From a virus: a stretch of 45,650 nucleotides of DNA. Shown here one piece after another: positions 41,031 through 45,650 of the stretch (position 1 is the first letter of the stretch; each line of letters begins with the position of its first letter). Under the pieces are notes generated by a model. It was not told where the DNA came from. It saw only the letters and a program-made list of their open reading frames with translations, and searched no databases. Made by a program: the position numbers and the translations under genes. Location of the stretch: IMG/VR virus record IMGVR_UViG_3300020613_000010. The stretch is one strand, 5' to 3'.

Positions 41031-42812
41031 ATGGCACTCGGCAACATTTCCGGGATTTCGTATGTGGTGCCGGATGACCCCGGGCATCCGACGGTCACCC
41101 CGGAGGACACTGAGGGGATCGCCAAGTCTATTGCGGCCCGTCTGCGGGAGTGGGGGTTGCGCCTCACTGAGCGGGTGGACACCCTGACCGCCCGCGTGGA
41201 CTCCATCGCCGGCGCTGTGGGGCTTGCTCCGGGCTCTCCGGGCGACTCTGCGGTGTCGGCGTTCATCCTCGACTCATCCTCGCGGACGCGGGCGGCCGTG
41301 GACTCCGTCGTGGGCTCAGCGATGCGTCCAATCCTCGACACAGGCCCGGTGCACATCTCCCGGTTCGGTGCGGTGGGCGACGGTGCCACCGATGACACCG
41401 CCGCCCTGGTCGCTGCTGGCGCGTCGGGGCGGGAGGTGCATTTCGACGCAGACCGGACGTACAACTTCGTCGGCCCGGTCACCCTCACGGCGGGCACCCG
41501 GTGGCTGACCCACGGCGCACAGTTCTACCTGACCGCCGCCCGTGACGCGTCGAACGTGCTCATCGAGTCAGACGTGTACATGGACCAGCTGAAGCTCTCG
41601 TTCGTGGGCGGTGACGCGGACCGTGGTGTCACGATCCGGGGCTCGGACGTGCAGATCGACGCGATGCGTCTGGTGGCACGCACCCCGTCCACGGTCCGCA
41701 ACTACCGGCGGCGCGCCCTGAACGTCGGGGTGGAAGGCTCCGGTACGTCGAACGTGCGGCTCGGGCATGTGCGGGTTGAGGGCTGGTTGGACGCGGTCGC
41801 CTGCTGGCAGTCCACGGACGTGGACTTTGAACGGCTGACGATCCGCGGCTACGTCCAGGGCCTGCTCATGCGTGACTGCGCCCGCGTGCATGTGCAGTCC
41901 GGGTCCGCGAAGAACCCGAACACGGTGATGACCAAGGGCAACCCTGGCGAGAACGGGATTCTCGTGGAGGACTACGACGAGAACCGGGAACGCGGGGACC
42001 TGCATTTCGGGGACTTCCATGTGGATGGGTCCGGGGAGCACGGGTTCCGTGTGGGCGGGCAGCTGCCGATCACGGGCATCCACTTTGATGGGTGCTCCAC
42101 GTCGGGAACGGGTGCCGGTTCGGTGGAGAAGCACGGCGGGTGCGGGTTCAAGGTGTTGGGCGCGACGACGAACCCGTCCCCGACTGCCCGGCACGAAAAT
42201 GTGCGGTTCACGAACTGCACAGTGGAGGATGTGACCCCGGGCATGGCGTCAGGCAACTTCTCCGGCTTCAACATCGGCAAGTCCAGGAACGTGGTACTTG
42301 ACAACTGCATTGTTCGCAAGGTCAATGGGCCGTCGTCGGCGGCTTACGGGTTCGCGCTGCTCGGCTCCGAAAACGTGTCGATCATCAATCCGACCGTGGA
42401 GGACACGGTGGGTGCGGCGATCAGACTGTATTCGGAGGAGACGACGGCGGATTACCAGTTCGGTGGCGCGGCCACGGACATTCATATCACGGGCGGCACC
42501 CTCCGGCGCACGACTGCCGGCCTGCTGATTAATGGCGGCGGGGCCACGATTCGGCGTATCACGATGGACGGGACCACGATTGACGGTGGCGCGCATGCCG
42601 TGGCCGTGTACTCGTCGATCCTGAACCGGTGTTCCTTCGATTTCTTGGCGGCTGGTATCACGACGGAGACGTTGCTTGGGTGCGAGACGGCGATGGTGTC
42701 AGGGCGGGGCGATCTCGTGGGGGCCTCCGCCGCCCGTGGCGGGTCCACTTTCCTGGACTACGCCTCGTACCAGACGAAGGTGTACCGCTCGGGTGGGTGG
42801 GCTGCTATCTGA
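41031..42812 (+). CDS. Minor tail protein with pectate-lyase-like right-handed beta-helix (tailspike/depolymerase-like)
   Basis: RBS AGGAGG. ISRFGAVGDGATDDTAAL is the Pectate_lyase_3-type signature, followed by repetitive beta-helix-like turns. Confidence 0.8.
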   Translation: MALGNISGISYVVPDDPGHPTVTPEDTEGIAKSIAARLREWGLRLTERVDTLTARVDSIAGAVGLAPGSPGDSAVSAFILDSSSRTRAAVDSVVGSAMRPILDTGPVHISRFGAVGDGATDDTAALVAAGASGREVHFDADRTYNFVGPVTLTAGTRWLTHGAQFYLTAARDASNVLIESDVYMDQLKLSFVGGDADRGVTIRGSDVQIDAMRLVARTPSTVRNYRRRALNVGVEGSGTSNVRLGHVRVEGWLDAVACWQSTDVDFERLTIRGYVQGLLMRDCARVHVQSGSAKNPNTVMTKGNPGENGILVEDYDENRERGDLHFGDFHVDGSGEHGFRVGGQLPITGIHFDGCSTSGTGAGSVEKHGGCGFKVLGATTNPSPTARHENVRFTNCTVEDVTPGMASGNFSGFNIGKSRNVVLDNCIVRKVNGPSSAAYGFALLGSENVSIINPTVEDTVGAAIRLYSEETTADYQFGGAATDIHITGGTLRRTTAGLLINGGGATIRRITMDGTTIDGGAHAVAVYSSILNRCSFDFLAAGITTETLLGCETAMVSGRGDLVGASAARGGSTFLDYASYQTKVYRSGGWAAI

Positions 42813-42886
42813 CCCGCCCTACCCAAACATTTTTACCCCCACGGTTCGGGTCTAGCCCCTCACCACCACTAACTTAGGAGGACCCC

Positions 42887-44695
42887 TTGTCTGAGACCCC
42901 TATCCTCAATGCTCCCGTCTATGAGCACGGGTACGTGACGGGCCGCTATCTGACGGCTGTCGCGGACGGCCCGGACGATGACCACCTCATGGATTTCACC
43001 CCCGCGAAGGGGAAGGTGATTTTCACCCCTGAGACGGTGATCCGCCGCCATGAGGGGCCGTCCCCTGCCCTGGTGGTGCAGCGGCCGGTGGAATGCCCGA
43101 TCAACTCGCAGGGCTACTTGACTAGCCCGGACGGTTGGCGTGGCGTGTCCCTGATCGTGGGTATCTACTCGGTGCGTTTTGAGGTGCAGGGCGCTCAGGT
43201 GCCCGGCCCGAAGCGTATCCAGGTGAAGGCGTCGCACACGCAGGACGCGCCCCTTGACCTGGTGCTCAGTATGCCGGAGGTTGTGCCGCCTGGTTCTGTG
43301 GTGGTGGTGGATGAGACCACTGCTCAGCGGGCGGAGGCTGCTGCTGCCCGTGCTGAGGCTGTTGTGACGAACCTGGAGTCTGAGGTGCGGGCGGTGGTCC
43401 TCGCGTCCCCCGAGCTGAAGGGCGAACGGGGGGAGCCCGGCGAGAAGGGTGATCCCGGTGCGCCGGGTGCTGTCCCCACCTCGTCGGACTACCTGATCGT
43501 GGGGCCGGGTCGCCCGGACCAGCCCGCGACCACGAACGGGGTCATCACCGGGGACGAGCCGGTCGGTGCCGAGTACCGGTCCACGGACGGTGCGGGCGCG
43601 GGCCTCTTCGACTGGATGAAGCGCCCCACCGGCTGGGAAATCGCAGGCGGCGGGTCCGGTATCGAGGAGGTGTTGGTCACCGCCCCCTCTCTGTCGGTGT
43701 CTGAGCCAGGTGATTTTCTGGCCGACGTGGCGACCACGCTGGTCCTCCCGGATGCTTCGACGGTGACGCTCATGGCCGGTGAGGTCGCGGCGGTCCGTCA
43801 TTTCGCGGGCGCATGGCGGGTGTTCACGGCCACCCCTGGCGCGGTCGTCAAGGATGAGACCGCCCCGACTGCGGGCACGCTGGCTGTGACCGTGGCCCCG
43901 ACAATGGCCACGCTCACGGTCACTGGGGCACTGGATGACGTGGCACTTCACGCCCTGCCTTACGCCTATTCGAAGGACTCGGGCGCGACGTGGACCGACT
44001 GGACTGACGCCACCACCTACCAGTACACGGGTCTCGCCCAGCAGACGTCTTACGGGTTCCGCCATAAGGTCCGTGACGCCGCCGGGAACGAGCGGCCAGG
44101 CACCACGGTCACCAAGTCCACGCCGAAGGTGCCCGGGTTCGCCGTGGTCGGTAAGGACACCTTCACCGCCGCCGACGGGACGAACGTCGCGGGCCGGACC
44201 ACGGAGGTCGGCGGCTTCACCACGCAGGGCACCGGCACGATCCTGAACAACCGGTTCGAGCAGGGGCAGGTCACCACCTCCGTCGACGCTAAGTTCCCGG
44301 CCCCGACTGGCACCGTCAAGAACCCGACGCGAGTCACAGCGGCCTACAGCGTCGGAACGTACCACGGCTCCAATGTGCGCCTCGCCATGTGGACCAATAC
44401 CGCCGGGTCGAACACCATTAGCATCGTCGTGAACCAGTACGGGAGGCTGGGCTTCGACGGCGCCACGAACCCGCCCTGGGCCGTCACCTGGGCGGGCGGC
44501 TCGAATCCCACCGTCGCCACCTCCGGCACCATGTCTATCGAGGCCGACACGACCAACGGCTCCGGCAAGATCGTCGTCAACGGAGAGCAGGTCGGCACCA
44601 TCTCCGGCCCGACCACGCAATCCGCCTACGGCGCGACGGCCGTCCTCACCCGTGAGGGCTGGATGGACGACCTGACGATCGAGGTGGCCTCGTGA
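42887..44695 (+). CDS. Minor tail protein with a short collagen-like G-X-Y segment
   Basis: TTG start after AGGAGGA. GERGEPGEKGDPGAPG is encoded at 43421-43468. Confidence 0.75.
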   Translation: MSETPILNAPVYEHGYVTGRYLTAVADGPDDDHLMDFTPAKGKVIFTPETVIRRHEGPSPALVVQRPVECPINSQGYLTSPDGWRGVSLIVGIYSVRFEVQGAQVPGPKRIQVKASHTQDAPLDLVLSMPEVVPPGSVVVVDETTAQRAEAAAARAEAVVTNLESEVRAVVLASPELKGERGEPGEKGDPGAPGAVPTSSDYLIVGPGRPDQPATTNGVITGDEPVGAEYRSTDGAGAGLFDWMKRPTGWEIAGGGSGIEEVLVTAPSLSVSEPGDFLADVATTLVLPDASTVTLMAGEVAAVRHFAGAWRVFTATPGAVVKDETAPTAGTLAVTVAPTMATLTVTGALDDVALHALPYAYSKDSGATWTDWTDATTYQYTGLAQQTSYGFRHKVRDAAGNERPGTTVTKSTPKVPGFAVVGKDTFTAADGTNVAGRTTEVGGFTTQGTGTILNNRFEQGQVTTSVDAKFPAPTGTVKNPTRVTAAYSVGTYHGSNVRLAMWTNTAGSNTISIVVNQYGRLGFDGATNPPWAVTWAGGSNPTVATSGTMSIEADTTNGSGKIVVNGEQVGTISGPTTQSAYGATAVLTREGWMDDLTIEVAS

Positions 44696-45650
44696 GTATT
44701 CTCGCCATGATCGCGGCCATGCAGACCAACGGCGGGCCGCCCCCCGCACCCGTGGACCCGCGCCCCGCGCCCCTGGATGACGTGGTGGCGGCCATGCGCC
44801 CCACCGGGCGCGTCATCTTCACGGCCACCGTCGCCCAGGACGGGAGCGGGGACTACTCGACCATCTCCGACGCCATCACGGCGGCTCACACGGCCCAGGC
44901 CGACCGCATGGCCGCTGAGGGCGTCGCCAAGGTCACCCCGAACTACGCGACGCGGCTCATCATCAGCCCCGGCGAGTACCGAGAACCGGTGGGCGTTGGA
45001 CACGTCCCGTGGATACAGCTCTACGGGGCGGGGACCGACAAGACGATCATCCTCCCGCCCGGCGACGGCACCGCCCATCGCGGCGTGCTGGAAGCCGCCG
45101 GGCGGCTCTACGTCGAGGGGCTGACGTTGCGCCGCGACGTGTCCAACGCGGACAAGACCCGGCCCGTCTACCCGGTTCACACCAACAACCTCGGCACCTC
45201 GATCTACGCTGACGTGTTCTTCGACAACGCCCTCGGACCTGGCGGCTCCGCCTTCGGGTCGGACGGGTCGCCGGATGGTGCAACGTACCTCTACCGGTGC
45301 CGCCTCACGGGCGGCATGAACGCTCACGGGTGGGCGGACATGAACGCCGAACAGCGCATGTCGATCATCTCCACCACGGCAACCGGTCAGGTCGGCTGGA
45401 CCACGATGAACGACACGTCCCCGGCGGACGTGTGGATCGTCGGCGGCACCTCCGGGGCGATCAGGGCAGACGGATCGTCCGCACGGCTCCACCTCGACCC
45501 CGCGCACGTCACCTCCGGGACGATCACCGCACCCGGCCCCCGCGACGCCGACACCCGCTGGCCGATCCCGTTCGGGGGCCTGTCCCCGTGGGACCAGGCG
45601 CTCTACGGCATGGGCGACCCCGACGCCACCGCGCCCGCCGGGACTCCGGG
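44692..45650 (+). CDS. Minor tail protein, pectinesterase-like beta-helix (continues at 1..62 across the circular junction)
   Basis: GTGA overlap start. The frame is open to the window end. VAQDGSGDYSTISDAI..RLIISPGEYRE..LYGAGTDKTII resembles the CE8 pectinesterase N-terminal pattern. Confidence 0.75.
   Translation, partial: MSILAMIAAMQTNGGPPPAPVDPRPAPLDDVVAAMRPTGRVIFTATVAQDGSGDYSTISDAITAAHTAQADRMAAEGVAKVTPNYATRLIISPGEYREPVGVGHVPWIQLYGAGTDKTIILPPGDGTAHRGVLEAAGRLYVEGLTLRRDVSNADKTRPVYPVHTNNLGTSIYADVFFDNALGPGGSAFGSDGSPDGATYLYRCRLTGGMNAHGWADMNAEQRMSIISTTATGQVGWTTMNDTSPADVWIVGGTSGAIRADGSSARLHLDPAHVTSGTITAPGPRDADTRWPIPFGGLSPWDQALYGMGDPDATAPAGTP
45596..45650. repeat. Terminal overlap copy (identical to 1..55)
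   Basis: Exact 55-nt identity with the window start. Confidence 0.95.

Noticed and set aside
43421-43468. The collagen-like GXY stretch as a tandem DNA repeat or variable region.
   Set aside because: There are only about 5 triplets with no exact DNA repetition. It is an ordinary feature of actinophage tail fibre proteins.
1-45650. tRNA/tmRNA genes, CRISPR arrays and diversity-generating retroelements.
   Set aside because: No T-loop-like GGTTCGAATCC-type motif or cloverleaf candidate was found in any spacer. There are no regularly spaced direct repeats. There is no reverse-transcriptase-like ORF or template/variable repeat pair near the tail fibre genes. This was an eye scan only; tRNAscan-SE or ARAGORN should confirm it.

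Overview
This high-GC window appears to be a complete, circularly permuted genome of a siphovirus-type, HK97-like actinobacteriophage. Positions 1-55 are identical to 45596-45650, so the unique length is 45,595 bp. The break point lies inside a tail gene (44692..45650, finishing at 1..62), which points to an assembly overlap rather than real ends.

Gene order on the + strand:
- tail-gene end and terminator
- lysis cassette: two membrane proteins, an amidase/LysM endolysin and a holin (124-2185)
- a 277-bp non-coding region with a recombinase-core-like palindrome and a strong terminator
- a lysogeny/early arm: N6/N4 DNA methylase, small tyrosine recombinase, MerR/Xis-like HTH
- recombination and replication genes: PD-(D/E)XK exonuclease, SSB, NrdH, metallophosphoesterase, HNH, replisome organiser, DnaB-like helicase, C5 methylase, dUTPase, DUF3310, RusA
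- two HNH genes, then terS, terL, portal, MuF-like, scaffold, major capsid, connectors, major tail, G/GT chaperones, tape measure and minor tail proteins

Only three minus-strand genes are convincing: 2463-3029, 4322-4684 and 32860-33060.

Most unusual observations:
1. A well-formed HNH homing-type endonuclease gene lies antisense inside a methylase ORF that stays open, exactly between two conserved methylase blocks.
2. terL is split over two frames and can be joined by a +1 shift at CCC_UGA. This is either programmed frameshifting or a homopolymer error.
3. A probably leaderless reverse-strand membrane-protein gene sits between the tail chaperones and the tape measure and overlaps the -1 frameshift product.
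4. A self-contained cassette runs promoter, 114-aa protein, RHH protein, terminator.

No tRNA, rRNA or CRISPR array was seen. All functional calls rest on motifs read by eye; no database search was possible.
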